The notes under the pieces: model-generated
The model's input: only the letters and a program-made list of their open reading frames with translations
Database searches by the model: none
Told to the model about the DNA's origin: nothing
Virus record (IMG/VR): IMGVR_UViG_3300028393_000024
Strand: one strand, 5' to 3'
Source: an uncultured virus (IMG/VR IMGVR_UViG_3300028393_000024)
Taxonomy: Duplodnaviria; Heunggongvirae; Uroviricota; Caudoviricetes
DNA length: 64,000 bases
Shown: one piece after another, positions 11,327-21,659 of the stretch
Layout of the letters: each line of letters starts with the position of its first letter
How positions within the stretch are numbered: the first letter of the stretch is position 1
Translations under genes and position numbers: made by a program

Positions 11327-11334
11327 ACTAAATA
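11327..11334 (+). promoter_or_regulatory. T4-late-like promoter ACTAAATA
   Basis: Intergenic, upstream of gp18. Confidence 0.6.
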
Positions 11335-11402
11335 ATCTAGTGAATGCTTAAACTTTCAATGGCACAAACAAATAACATGTACATGTAACAAGGAGAATTA
11401 CA

Positions 11403-13604
11403 ATGCCTTTTCAACTTAGTCCAGGTGTTGCAGTCGTAGAAAAAGACTTTTCGTCAATCGTTCCAGCAGTTAGTTCTTCTGTTGGTGCCTTTGCAGGTTC
11501 TTTTGCTTGGGGTCCAGTTCTGCAACCAATTACAATCTCTTCTGAGAATCAATTGGTTCAGCAATTTGGTAAACCAAACGATTACAACTTCCAATCTTTC
11601 TTTTCCGCTGCAAACTTTTTATCATACACAAACAACTTGTTGACAGTTCGTGCTGATGGAACGAATCTTAAAAATGCGGTGCATATTAAATCTGGTAGTA
11701 TTAATACGCTATCGATTAATGCTGCTGGTTCAGGTTATACCTCAACAGCTGCTGCACCAACAGTAACTATTTCTGCTCCAGATGAACTTGGTGGCGTTCA
11801 AGCAACAGCCACTGTAACAATTTCTGGTGGTGCAATTACTGCTATCGCAGTTGCCGCTGGTGGTTCAGGTTACTCTGTTGCTCCAACAATTAGTATTGCT
11901 GCTCCTGCTTCAGGAACTCAAGCAACTGCTACAGCAACAGTTTCTAGCGGTGCTATCACTGCCTTTACTATTGTCTCTGGTGGTACTGGTTATAAAACTT
12001 CTCCAGTAGTTACTATTACTCCAGTTTCTGGTGGTACTGGTGGCTTGGCAGGTGCTGTTACTATTGGTACTTCAACTGTTACTAGCATTACTTTAACTAC
12101 TGCTGGTTCTGGTTATGCCATTGCTCCAACAATAACTATTGCTGCTCCACCTTCAGGAGTTAATGCAACAGTTACTACACCAACACTTACTACTGGTGGT
12201 GTAAAAATTAAAAACTCTGAAGACTATGTTAACAATTTTGTTACAGGTCAAGGATTATTCGGTGAGTTCGGTGCCAGATATCCAGGAGCATTGGGTAATG
12301 GTTTGATCGTTTCCTACGCTGATAATTCTACTTTTGCAACATGGGGTTATAAGTCTCAGTTTGATTCTGCTCCAGGAACTTCTACTTACGCAGCAAATGT
12401 TGGTTCTTCTAAAGACGAACTACACGTTATTGTTGTTGACGGTACTGGTGTTTGGACTGGAACTCCAGGAACTGTTCTTGAGAAATTTCCATTCTGTTCT
12501 AAAGCAGGTGATGCTAAGAAACCAGATGGTACTAACAACTACTACAGAGATTTAATCAATACTAACTCTGAGTATATCTGGTGGTTAGATTTACCTCAAG
12601 TTGTTTCTCCAACTACTAATTGGGGCACTTTTTCAACTGGTCAAGTAACTTTCACTGATGCTCAAGCTGATGCAAAAGCTGGATTTACACTTTCTGGTGG
12701 TGTTGATGATTTCACTTTCAGCGATGCTAAACAACTAGAAGCATACACATTGTTCTCTAACGCAGAATTGTTTGATGTAAGTTTGATTGTAGCAGGTAAA
12801 GCGTCATCATCAAATGCTGCAGCGATTGCTGACATTGCTAAGACTCGTGCTGACTGTGTTGCCTTTGTTTCTCCACAATCAGTTGTTGATGGTTCGCCAA
12901 TCGTTGGTAATACTTCAACTCAAACTGATGCTGTTATTGCTTACCGCAATGCTATGAATACTATTCACAGCTACGCTGTAATGGACTCTGGCTTTAAATA
13001 TCAGTACGATCGTTATAACGACAAGTATCGTTATGTTCCATTGAACGCTGACATTGCTGGTTTGTGTGCTCGTACTGACTACTCAAATGATCCATGGTTC
13101 TCTCCAGGTGGTTACAATCGTGGACAAATTAAGAATGTTGTTCGCTTGGCTTACAATCCTGATCTAACAAATCGTGATACACTTTACAAGGCTGGCGTTA
13201 ATCCAGTTGTTTCTTTCCCAGGACAAGGTATTATCCTCTACGGAGATAAGACTCTACAAACTAAACCAAGCGCATTTGATCGTATCAATGTTCGTCGTTT
13301 GTTTATCGTTCTTGAGAAAGCAATCGCAACTGCTGCTAAGTTCCAGTTGTTCGAATTTAACGATTCGTTCACTCGTGCTCAGTTTGTAAACTTAGTTGAA
13401 CCATTCCTACGTGATGTTCAAGGTCGTCGTGGTATTACTGACTTCCGTGTGAAGTGTGACGATACTAACAACACTGGACAAGTTATCGATAGCAACCAAT
13501 TCGTGGCTGACATCTTTATTAAACCAGCTCGCTCTATCAACTTTATTACTCTGAACTTTGTTGCTGCTCGCTCTTCTGCGAACTTCACAGAGATCGGTGG
13601 ATAA
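11403..13604 (+). CDS. gp18: tail sheath protein
   Basis: LSPGV..E.D start, WFSPGGYNRG, FDRINVRRLF, FIKPARSINFITLNF. Confidence 0.96.
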   Translation: MPFQLSPGVAVVEKDFSSIVPAVSSSVGAFAGSFAWGPVLQPITISSENQLVQQFGKPNDYNFQSFFSAANFLSYTNNLLTVRADGTNLKNAVHIKSGSINTLSINAAGSGYTSTAAAPTVTISAPDELGGVQATATVTISGGAITAIAVAAGGSGYSVAPTISIAAPASGTQATATATVSSGAITAFTIVSGGTGYKTSPVVTITPVSGGTGGLAGAVTIGTSTVTSITLTTAGSGYAIAPTITIAAPPSGVNATVTTPTLTTGGVKIKNSEDYVNNFVTGQGLFGEFGARYPGALGNGLIVSYADNSTFATWGYKSQFDSAPGTSTYAANVGSSKDELHVIVVDGTGVWTGTPGTVLEKFPFCSKAGDAKKPDGTNNYYRDLINTNSEYIWWLDLPQVVSPTTNWGTFSTGQVTFTDAQADAKAGFTLSGGVDDFTFSDAKQLEAYTLFSNAELFDVSLIVAGKASSSNAAAIADIAKTRADCVAFVSPQSVVDGSPIVGNTSTQTDAVIAYRNAMNTIHSYAVMDSGFKYQYDRYNDKYRYVPLNADIAGLCARTDYSNDPWFSPGGYNRGQIKNVVRLAYNPDLTNRDTLYKAGVNPVVSFPGQGIILYGDKTLQTKPSAFDRINVRRLFIVLEKAIATAAKFQLFEFNDSFTRAQFVNLVEPFLRDVQGRRGITDFRVKCDDTNNTGQVIDSNQFVADIFIKPARSINFITLNFVAARSSANFTEIGG

Positions 13605-13606
13605 TA

Positions 13607-13614
13607 CCTAAATA
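13607..13614 (+). promoter_or_regulatory. T4-late-like promoter CCTAAATA
   Basis: Intergenic, upstream of gp19. Confidence 0.55.
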
Positions 13615-13635
13615 GAGAATATAAGGAGATAACAA

Positions 13636-14226
13636 ATGGCAAATATTGCTGACTTTAAAGCGCAACTGATTGGGGGCGGTGCTCGTCCTAATCAGTTCCG
13701 TGTGGATTTAACTTTTCCATCTTATGTATCACTGGCTGCTATCGCTGGTTTACAGGGTCAATTCCTATGTAAAGCAACGACACTACCAACATCGACAATT
13801 GAAAACATTGCTTTGCAGTATCGTGGTCGTCAAGTAAACTTGGCTGGCGAGCGTACTTTTGAACAGTGGTCTGTTACTATTTACAATGACACTTCTTTCA
13901 ATATCAGAAATGCTTTTGAAATTTGGTCAAATGGTATTCAAAACAATGCGACTACACAAGGTCGTACTAGCCCAAGAGACTACCAAGTAGATTTATCTTG
14001 TAATCAATTAGATCGTAATGGTGCTCAAGTTAAAACTTACAAGTTTATTGATGCATATCCAATCTCTATCGGAGCAATTGGACTAGATTACGAAACAACA
14101 AACCAAATTGAAACTTTTGATGTGACTTTCCAATACAACTACTGGACTTCTGATACTTCAACTGCTGGCTCTGGATTCGGAGTTAATGTTGCTGTAAATA
14201 CTCCATTCGGTACGTTCCCAATCTAA
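13636..14226 (+). CDS. gp19: tail tube protein
   Basis: GGARPNQF, YRGRQVNLAGERTF, WSVTIYND, FDVTFQYNYW. Confidence 0.94.
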   Translation: MANIADFKAQLIGGGARPNQFRVDLTFPSYVSLAAIAGLQGQFLCKATTLPTSTIENIALQYRGRQVNLAGERTFEQWSVTIYNDTSFNIRNAFEIWSNGIQNNATTQGRTSPRDYQVDLSCNQLDRNGAQVKTYKFIDAYPISIGAIGLDYETTNQIETFDVTFQYNYWTSDTSTAGSGFGVNVAVNTPFGTFPI

Positions 14227-14250
14227 TCCGTTTCGGGTTAGATTTTTTAT
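14221..14250 (+). terminator. intrinsic terminator after gp19
   Basis: ATCTAATCCG-TTT-CGGGTTAGAT followed by a T-run. Confidence 0.7.
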
Positions 14251-14265
14251 TATTGAGGATATATA

Positions 14266-15840
14266 ATGGCTGAATTATTCGGTTTCGAGATTAAGCGTAA
14301 AAAGGAGAAGGACTTACCATCAGTGGTAATGCCTTCTGCCGATGATGGATCGACTGTAACATCTTCTGTTAATGCTGGGGCATATTATTCCCTAGTTGTT
14401 GACATGGAAGGTAATGTAAAAAACGAAAATGACCTTATCCGTCGTTATCGTGAAGTTGCTCAATATCCAGATTGCGATACAGCAATTGATGATATCGTTA
14501 ATGAAGCGATTGTTGTTGAAGAAGATGTAGAAGCTGTTAAAATTGTAGCCGATGATATTAAAGTATCTGATGGTATTAAAAAGAAAATTCGTGAAGAGTT
14601 TGAAAACATTTTAACACTGTTGAGATTTAGCGATAAGGGTCATGATCTTTTTCGCCAATGGTACATTGATGGTAGATTGAACTACCACATTCTTATTGAT
14701 GAGAAGAAACCTCGTGATGGTATCGTTGAGTTAAGACCAATTGATCCACGCAAGATTCGTCGCATTAAGAATGTTAAAAAAGATAAAGATAAAAAAGGTG
14801 TTGAAGTTGTAGTTGGTGTTGAAGAATACTATATCTACAATGACAAAGGAATTACAGAACAAACAACTCAGGGTGTTAGATTAAGTCTTGACTCTGTGTT
14901 ATACTGTGGTTCGGGTATGGTTGATTTAAACACTGGTATGATGTTGTCTTATTTACATAAGGCAATTAAACCTGTTAATCAACTTAAGATGATCGAAGAT
15001 GCTGTTGTTATCTATCGTATCTCTCGTGCACCTGAACGCAGAATATTTTATGTTGATGTGGGTAATCTGCCAAAAATTAAAGCAGAGCAATATGTAAATG
15101 ATTTAATGAATCGTTATCGTAATAAAGTTGTTTACGATGCTAACACTGGTGAAGTGCGCGACGATCGTAAGTTTTTGTCAATGCTTGAAGATTTTTGGAT
15201 GCCACGTCGTGAAGGTGGTAAGGGAACTGAAATTACCACACTTCCAGGTGGTCAAAACCTTGGTGAAATCCAAGACATTCAATATTTCCAAGAGAAGTTA
15301 TATCAGGCACTTAATGTGCCAACAAGTCGATTAAAGTCTGGCGATGGTTTTCAGCTTGGTCGTGCTTCAGAAATTAGTCGTGATGAATTAAAATTTACAA
15401 AGTATATTGCCAGACTTCGTAAAAAGTTTTCTGGCTTGTTTAATGATGCTTTGAAGATTCAACTAATAGCCAAAGGCATTATTCGTGAAGACGAGTGGGA
15501 TGGAATTAAAAGAAACATCCGCTATGACTTTATGAAAGATAATGCGTTTAATGAGTTGAAGGAAGCTGAGTTATTGGGTAACCGAATTCAAATGCTTCAA
15601 CAAATTGAACCATACATTGGTAAATTCTACTCTGTTGATTGGGTCAAGAAAAATGTTCTTCGTATGTCTGAAGAACAAATTGATACTCTTGAATCTCAGA
15701 TCAAGAAAGAAGGAGATTACCAGTTGAGTTCTGCTCAACAACAAGGTATGGCGCAGGGTGTGCAACAAGTTGCTACTCAGCAAGAACTAGATAACGCTGG
15801 ATATGGTCAAGACCAGCAACAACAAGGAGCTAAAAAATGA
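14266..15840 (+). CDS. gp20: portal vertex protein
   Basis: YRISRAPERRIFYVDVGNLP, EDFWMPRREGGKGTEITTLPGGQ. Confidence 0.97.
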   Translation: MAELFGFEIKRKKEKDLPSVVMPSADDGSTVTSSVNAGAYYSLVVDMEGNVKNENDLIRRYREVAQYPDCDTAIDDIVNEAIVVEEDVEAVKIVADDIKVSDGIKKKIREEFENILTLLRFSDKGHDLFRQWYIDGRLNYHILIDEKKPRDGIVELRPIDPRKIRRIKNVKKDKDKKGVEVVVGVEEYYIYNDKGITEQTTQGVRLSLDSVLYCGSGMVDLNTGMMLSYLHKAIKPVNQLKMIEDAVVIYRISRAPERRIFYVDVGNLPKIKAEQYVNDLMNRYRNKVVYDANTGEVRDDRKFLSMLEDFWMPRREGGKGTEITTLPGGQNLGEIQDIQYFQEKLYQALNVPTSRLKSGDGFQLGRASEISRDELKFTKYIARLRKKFSGLFNDALKIQLIAKGIIREDEWDGIKRNIRYDFMKDNAFNELKEAELLGNRIQMLQQIEPYIGKFYSVDWVKKNVLRMSEEQIDTLESQIKKEGDYQLSSAQQQGMAQGVQQVATQQELDNAGYGQDQQQQGAKK

Positions 15841-16028
15841 GTACTCGTGATTTAATTGATGCGATTGAAAGTGGTGATGCAGTTGGTATTGAAACTGCAT
15901 TTAATTCTGTTATGGTAGATAAAGTAGCAGAAAAATTAGATGGTATGCGTACCGACATGTCACAAAACATGTTTAAAACTCCTGAAGAGACTACAGAAGT
16001 AGAAGCCGAAGAAACTACAGAAGAGTAA
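15837..16028 (+). CDS. small acidic prohead core protein (gp67-like)
   Basis: 63 aa, acidic, immediately after the portal gene as in T4. Confidence 0.55.
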   Translation: MSTRDLIDAIESGDAVGIETAFNSVMVDKVAEKLDGMRTDMSQNMFKTPEETTEVEAEETTEE

Positions 16029-16029
16029 T

Positions 16030-16575
16030 ATGGCAAAATACTTTGGATCTTTCCGTAAACAAGTCCTAGAGCAATCTGGACTTGTAGCATCCTTCTTAGT
16101 TTATGGACACGATGTATCCATTACGGAAGATCTAAACATTTATATTAATGACATTCATATTGAATCAAATGTAAGTACATTGGAAGAAGCAAGACAATAC
16201 GCCAAACAAGTTATTGAACATACAGAACTGTTAGAACATATTGACACTACTATACCAAAAGAAAAAGTCGCAAACTATATAAGAGAATATCATAACATCG
16301 AAAAGATTACTGATACACTTATCGAATCATATATCGAACTTGCTTCTTCCAATATATTTACAGTAGACCCAGTTGTAACTGCCATTAAAGAATCAAGAAC
16401 GGCAGAGTTTAAGGGTAAATTACAGTACGATCTTGAAGATGGTTCCGTAGTTGCAATAGATGAATCTACGCAAGAATACCTAAATAGTTTACTGAAGAAT
16501 AAAAGTGAAATTGTTGATTACATGCGTGAAAGTAAATCCAATTTCATGAAAATTATAAAAGGACTTGGGGATTAA
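16030..16575 (+). CDS. hypothetical head-module protein (gp68 position)
   Basis: 181 aa ORF between portal and protease genes. Confidence 0.5.
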   Translation: MAKYFGSFRKQVLEQSGLVASFLVYGHDVSITEDLNIYINDIHIESNVSTLEEARQYAKQVIEHTELLEHIDTTIPKEKVANYIREYHNIEKITDTLIESYIELASSNIFTVDPVVTAIKESRTAEFKGKLQYDLEDGSVVAIDESTQEYLNSLLKNKSEIVDYMRESKSNFMKIIKGLGD

Positions 16576-16578
16576 TCG

Positions 16579-17040
16579 ATGGCAATGACTATCACTACGC
16601 TTAAGAATACTAATCAGGAAACAGTGATTCACTTCACTTCTTCTGCAGCAGAGTCTGGCACGATTACTATCGCCAACTTAGCTGCCACAACTCAGGCACG
16701 TAACACTGATGCCCCAGCAGTTAATATTGCAAAGTATAGCATAACTGGTGAATTGGGTGCAAAAATTTCAATTATTCGTAATAGTAAAATTGTATTAGTT
16801 GTTGCTCCAGAAAACGCACCAAGTCTTGAATTTAATATGTTTGGTGTTCCAGTATCTAATGACAATACTTTTGATATTGTTATTACTAATGGTGCAGCAA
16901 AAGATGTTTCTGGGTTTCTAGTTCTTCGCAAAATCGCTGGTTGGGATAGTAAAGTTGAAAATGTTATTTATGGCGCATATGATGATCCTACTAGAGTTGG
17001 TGCTTCTACCACCATGAGTGGTTCACCAGATAAGGTATAA
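16579..17040 (+). CDS. hypothetical virion protein, paralog A
   Basis: Similar to the next ORF (TL.NTNQET.I.F; LRKIAGW..KVE...YGAYDDPT.VG). Confidence 0.6.
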   Translation: MAMTITTLKNTNQETVIHFTSSAAESGTITIANLAATTQARNTDAPAVNIAKYSITGELGAKISIIRNSKIVLVVAPENAPSLEFNMFGVPVSNDNTFDIVITNGAAKDVSGFLVLRKIAGWDSKVENVIYGAYDDPTRVGASTTMSGSPDKV

Positions 17041-17043
17041 TAA

Positions 17044-17505
17044 ATGGCTGCTATTAGATTTGATACACTTAGAAATACTAACCAAGAAACTATTATTAAG
17101 TTTTCTGGTGGATCTGGTGATACTGGCACGATTACTATCGCTAACATTGGCGCAACATCTCAGACTCGTAACTCTGACACACCAACAGTAAATATGGTGC
17201 GCATTATTGCATCGGGAATTACTAACTCTAACTTAACAATCACAAGAGGTGGTATTACAGTTTTCGCTGGATCTCCAGGTGCTGTTATTGAGTTGGAGTT
17301 TATTTCAAATGGTTTCTCTGATTCAGTTGGTAACACTTCTGACTTAGTATTTACTATCGGTACTGCTGCAGTAACAGGATATATGACATTACGTAAAATT
17401 GCAGGTTGGAGCACTAAAGTTGAAGATGTTGTATATGGCGCATACGATGATCCAACTGTTGTTGGACCAAATTCCAAATCTGGTAGCCCAGGAGTATTAC
17501 CATGA
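17044..17505 (+). CDS. hypothetical virion protein, paralog B
   Basis: Same length (153 aa) and motifs as the previous ORF. Confidence 0.6.
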   Translation: MAAIRFDTLRNTNQETIIKFSGGSGDTGTITIANIGATSQTRNSDTPTVNMVRIIASGITNSNLTITRGGITVFAGSPGAVIELEFISNGFSDSVGNTSDLVFTIGTAAVTGYMTLRKIAGWSTKVEDVVYGAYDDPTVVGPNSKSGSPGVLP

Positions 17506-18155
17506 AACTAATTAGAGAAGTCCTCGAACAAACTTCCACATTCATAGAAGAAAAAGTTGGTGGCAAGAAGAATTATTTTATTGAAGGTGTATTCCTTCAA
17601 TCTGAGATTGTAAACCGCAACAAGCGCATGTACCAAGAAGGTATTATGGACAAAGAAGTCGGACGTTACATGACAGAGTATGTTGCAAAAAATCGTGCTT
17701 ATGGTGAACTCGGTCATCCAGATACACCATCTATTAACTTAGATCGTGTATCACACTTGATTGTAGATCTACGTAAAGAAGGCACGAACTATATTGGTAA
17801 AGCAAAGATTTTAGAAACTCCAATGGGAATGATCGCTCGTGGTCTTCTCGATGGTGGTGCTAATCTTGGCGTGTCAAGCAGAGCAATGGGTTCACTTAAG
17901 ACTAATAACGAAGGTGTTCAAGTTGTTCAAGATGACTTTATGTTGTCTACAGCTGCAGATATTGTAGCTGACCCATCCGCTCCAGACGCATTCGTGCGTG
18001 GAATCATGGAGAGCAAAGAGTGGGTTTTTGTTGATGGAAAGTTTGTGGAGCAAAATATCGAGGAAGTCAAACGCAATATTAGAAACACTTCTTCTAAGAA
18101 TTTACAAGAAGCACAATTGCGTGCTTTCCATAATTTTCTGAGTAAAATCAGATAA
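17502..18155 (+). CDS. gp21: prohead core protease
   Basis: NRNKRMY, GELGHP, RVSH, GVSSRAMGS, DIVADPSAPDA. Confidence 0.95.
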   Translation: MKLIREVLEQTSTFIEEKVGGKKNYFIEGVFLQSEIVNRNKRMYQEGIMDKEVGRYMTEYVAKNRAYGELGHPDTPSINLDRVSHLIVDLRKEGTNYIGKAKILETPMGMIARGLLDGGANLGVSSRAMGSLKTNNEGVQVVQDDFMLSTAADIVADPSAPDAFVRGIMESKEWVFVDGKFVEQNIEEVKRNIRNTSSKNLQEAQLRAFHNFLSKIR

Positions 18156-18165
18156 ATACTAAATA
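18151..18165 (+). promoter_or_regulatory. tandem T4-late-like promoters GATAAATA / ACTAAATA
   Basis: Upstream of gp22. Confidence 0.55.
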
Positions 18166-18199
18166 TTTACATAGAACTATCCAGTTACAGGAGATAACG

Positions 18200-19231
18200 A
18201 TGTCAATCGAACAAAAAATCGCTGAGTTGCTTGCTGAATCAAAAGCAAAACAACAAGGTACAATTACTGAAGAAGTAAAAGAAATGGGTGCTACACCCGA
18301 CAATGCTAGCAAAGTAAAAGGCAATTCAGCTGGTTCTGATCCACAGCCTTCTATCACTACTGATGGTGTTACTACTATTGATGGCGATGAGCCAAACAAT
18401 GCTCGTAACAATGTTACTAGTCAAGATGCTGCAGTAAATGCCACATCTAAGTCATCAAATATTGCCAACGCTAAAGCGACTGCTCCAGAAGCAAGTCACT
18501 TATCTGGCATGAAAGAAGATATTGACGCAATGCTTGAAGGTGCTGATCTTTCCGAAGATTTTAAAACCAAAGCAGCCACTATTTTCGAAGCAGCAGTTTT
18601 AGCTCGTGTTACAGCTGAAACAGCAGCTCTAGAAGAATCTTATGCAACACAGTTGCAAGAAGAAGTTGAAAGTATCAAAGAGGGTCTTGTTGAAAAAGTT
18701 GATGGATATCTCAACTACGTAGTTGAGCAGTGGGTGCAAGAGAATGAGTTAGCCCTTGAGTCTGGTATGAAGTCTGAGATTATGGAGTCTTTTATTGACG
18801 GTATGAAGTCTTTGTTTGCTGAACACTATATCGACGTTCCTGAGGAAAAGTTCGATGTATTGGGTGACTTACAAGAGCAACTATCTGCAATTGAATCAAC
18901 TCTAAATGATCAAGTAGAAAAGAATGTTGAATTGTCTAAGATCGTCAACGAGCAAAAGCGTGTAAACGCAATTGCTGAATCAGTAAAAGGTTTGACCGAC
19001 ACTGAAGTTGAAAAGTTTACTTCTCTAGCAGAAGAAATTTCTTATGATTCCGCCGACACTTTCTCTGCAAAATTACAGACAATCCGTGAGAATTATTTTG
19101 GTGGTAAGAAAGTAATTACTGAAGTAAAATCAGTAGTTAGCGATACCCCTGTTGAAACTCTAACTGAGCAAGCACCTGTAGATCCTTCTGTTAAGAAGTA
19201 TCTTAGCGAACTCAACAAACTTAAAATCTAA
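18200..19231 (+). CDS. gp22: prohead scaffold protein
   Basis: LSEDFKTKAATIFEAAV, VDGYLNYVVEQW; synteny. Confidence 0.92.
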   Translation: MSIEQKIAELLAESKAKQQGTITEEVKEMGATPDNASKVKGNSAGSDPQPSITTDGVTTIDGDEPNNARNNVTSQDAAVNATSKSSNIANAKATAPEASHLSGMKEDIDAMLEGADLSEDFKTKAATIFEAAVLARVTAETAALEESYATQLQEEVESIKEGLVEKVDGYLNYVVEQWVQENELALESGMKSEIMESFIDGMKSLFAEHYIDVPEEKFDVLGDLQEQLSAIESTLNDQVEKNVELSKIVNEQKRVNAIAESVKGLTDTEVEKFTSLAEEISYDSADTFSAKLQTIRENYFGGKKVITEVKSVVSDTPVETLTEQAPVDPSVKKYLSELNKLKI

Positions 19232-19248
19232 TATAAGGAATTACTAAA

Positions 19249-20529
19249 ATGAGTAATATCGATCGCACAGCCCTTTTAAAGAAATGGGCACCAATCCTTG
19301 AACACGAAGCATTGCCTTCAATCAAGGACCACTACCGTAAGGAAGTAACTGCTGTTCTTTTGGAAAACCAAGAACGCGAAATGGGCAAACAACAAGAAGC
19401 GTTGTTTGAAACTACTGCAGCTAACGCTGTTGGTTCTTATGGTGACACTGGCGGTATCGCTAAGTTTGATCCAGTGTTGATCAGCTTGGTTCGCCGTGCT
19501 GCTCCACAAATGATCGCTTATGATGTTTGCGGTGTACAACCAATGACACAACCTACTGGCTTGATCTTCGCTATGAAGTCACGCTACTCTACTCAAGGTG
19601 GTACTGAGGCATTGTTCAATGCAGCTGATACTGCATTCTCTGGCGCTGCTTCTCCAGTTAACGCTGGTAACAACCCAGTATCTGGTACTTATACTACTGG
19701 TGTTGGTATGTCTACTTCGACAGCTGAAGGTTTGGGCGATAGCACTACTTTCAACCAAATGGCATTCTCAATCGAAAAGACTAGCGTAACTGCTAAGACT
19801 CGTGCGTTGAAAGCTGAGTACACTGTTGAATTGGCACAAGACTTGAAATCAGTTCATGGTCTTGACGCTGAAGGCGAATTGAGCAACATTCTTTCTACTG
19901 AGATTTTGGCTGAGATCAATCGCGAAGTTCTACGTACTATCTATACTACTGCTAAGCCAGGTGCTCAAGTTGGTACTACTACTGCTGGTACTTTCGACTT
20001 AGATACTGACTCTAATGGTCGTTGGTCTGTTGAAAAATTCAAAGGTCTCTTGTTCCAAATCGAACGTGATGCCAATGCTATTGCTCAACAAACTCGTCGT
20101 GGTAAAGGTAACTTCATCATCTGTTCATCTGACGTAGCTTCTGCTTTGGCAATGGCTGGCGTTCTTGACTATGCACCTGCATTGTCAACTAACTTGAATG
20201 TTGATGAGTCTAGCACTACTTTCGCTGGTGTATTGAATGGTCGTTATAAAGTTTATGTTGATCCATTCTCTGCTAACCAATCAGCTACTCAGTTCTTCAC
20301 TGTTGGCTACAAAGGTACTTCTGCGTTTGACGCTGGTTTGTTCTATTGCCCATACGTTCCACTTCAGTTGGTTCGTGCTGTAGATCCGTCTACATTCCAA
20401 CCTAAGATTGGTTTCAAGACTCGTTATGGTATGGTTGCTAACCCATTCGTTTCTTTGGATGGTTCTGGTGGTCTAACTGCTAACGAAAACTACTACTATC
20501 GCCGTGTTGCCGTGACCAATTTAATGTAA
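19249..20529 (+). CDS. gp23: major capsid protein
   Basis: VQPMTQPTGLIFAM, TRALKAEYTVELAQDLKSVHGLDAE, YCPYVPL, QPKIGFKTRYG. Confidence 0.98.
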   Translation: MSNIDRTALLKKWAPILEHEALPSIKDHYRKEVTAVLLENQEREMGKQQEALFETTAANAVGSYGDTGGIAKFDPVLISLVRRAAPQMIAYDVCGVQPMTQPTGLIFAMKSRYSTQGGTEALFNAADTAFSGAASPVNAGNNPVSGTYTTGVGMSTSTAEGLGDSTTFNQMAFSIEKTSVTAKTRALKAEYTVELAQDLKSVHGLDAEGELSNILSTEILAEINREVLRTIYTTAKPGAQVGTTTAGTFDLDTDSNGRWSVEKFKGLLFQIERDANAIAQQTRRGKGNFIICSSDVASALAMAGVLDYAPALSTNLNVDESSTTFAGVLNGRYKVYVDPFSANQSATQFFTVGYKGTSAFDAGLFYCPYVPLQLVRAVDPSTFQPKIGFKTRYGMVANPFVSLDGSGGLTANENYYYRRVAVTNLM

Positions 20530-20564
20530 TCACATTAAGAAGTCACCGTAGAGTGATGTTTTAA

Positions 20565-20597
20565 GAAGGGAGTTCTGAAAAGATCTCCCTTTTTTTC
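20565..20597 (+). terminator. intrinsic terminator after gp23
   Basis: AAGGGAG..TCT-GAAA-AGA..CTCCCTT followed by a T-run. Confidence 0.8.
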
Positions 20598-20598
20598 A

Positions 20599-20606
20599 TA
20601 TAAATA
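20599..20606 (+). promoter_or_regulatory. T4 late promoter TATAAATA
   Basis: Exact T4 consensus, ending 5 nt before the gp3 ATG. Confidence 0.7.
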
Positions 20607-20611
20607 ATAGT

Positions 20612-21166
20612 ATGAGTATAAACCTAACATTACCTCCAAACATAAATCCACTGTCACCAAATGGGTTTAGATTTAACATTGCCAAATTACCTGAAATTGA
20701 ATACTTCTGTCAGCAGGTTCATATCCCAGGAATCACCTTTGGCGATCCAATATTGGCTACGCCATTTGCGAATCAACCGATTCCAGGCGATCACTTGACT
20801 TATGATACTTTGAATGTGCAGTTCCTTGTTGACGAAAACATGGATAACTATATCTCTATTTACAACTGGATCGTGGCATTGGGATTTCCGCAAAGTTATC
20901 AGCAGTATGTTGACTATGTTGCTGCAAACCAATCAACTGTATTAAGCGAACTTGCAACAAACTACTCGATTGGTGTTATGCAAATTTTAAACAACACAAA
21001 CAATCCTGTAAAAACAATTACTTTTAATGATCTCTTTCCTATCTCGTTGGAAACTTTGCAGTTTCAATCCACCAACGACAGTGTTAACTACCTAACTGGT
21101 TCTGCAACATTCCGCTTCTCCTACTACACTTTTGCAAATGTAACTGGTGTAATTACAAAAATTTAA
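20612..21166 (+). CDS. gp3: tail tube completion protein
   Basis: NPLSPNGF, YFCQQVHIPGI, FLVDENMDNY..IYNW, FPISL. Confidence 0.85.
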   Translation: MSINLTLPPNINPLSPNGFRFNIAKLPEIEYFCQQVHIPGITFGDPILATPFANQPIPGDHLTYDTLNVQFLVDENMDNYISIYNWIVALGFPQSYQQYVDYVAANQSTVLSELATNYSIGVMQILNNTNNPVKTITFNDLFPISLETLQFQSTNDSVNYLTGSATFRFSYYTFANVTGVITKI

Positions 21167-21206
21167 TTGCGTTTAATTTGACTTTATAGTATACTAATAG
21201 TATACA
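21167..21206 (+). promoter_or_regulatory. overlapping sigma70-type promoters
   Basis: TTGCGT-17-TATACT (21167-21195) and TTGACT-17-TATACA (21178-21206). Confidence 0.6.
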
Positions 21207-21221
21207 CCTTGAGGATTTATT

Positions 21222-21659
21222 ATGACACTTGAAGAAATACAAAACGCATGGGCTGACGACTGTATCATTGATGATAACCATCTTGATAAAGAATCCGTCA
21301 ACACAGCAAAACTCCACTCGAAATATCTCAATCACCTTATCCGATACAAGTTACAACTTGCTAAGATGAAGGCAGATTACAACACACTTCGTCAATCAAA
21401 GTTTCGTTACTATCGTGGCGAAATGACAAAAGAAGAACTACAACTAACTGGTTGGGTTCAGTGGCAAGGTGTTAAACCGCTGAAGAATGAGATGGATGAA
21501 TTTCTCTCTGGAGATAACGATCTAAATAAACTAGAGATTAAAGCAAACTACATTCAATGTATTGTAGATTTCCTTGACTCAGTTATGAATCAAATTAAAG
21601 CAAGGGATTGGCAGATACGCAATTCTATTGAATGGAAAAAGTTTATTAGTGGCTCATGA
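21222..21659 (+). CDS. uvsY: recombination mediator UvsY
   Basis: W..DCIID, LHSKYL, KFRYYRG, RDWQIRNSIEW.KF. Confidence 0.88.
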   Translation: MTLEEIQNAWADDCIIDDNHLDKESVNTAKLHSKYLNHLIRYKLQLAKMKADYNTLRQSKFRYYRGEMTKEELQLTGWVQWQGVKPLKNEMDEFLSGDNDLNKLEIKANYIQCIVDFLDSVMNQIKARDWQIRNSIEWKKFISGS

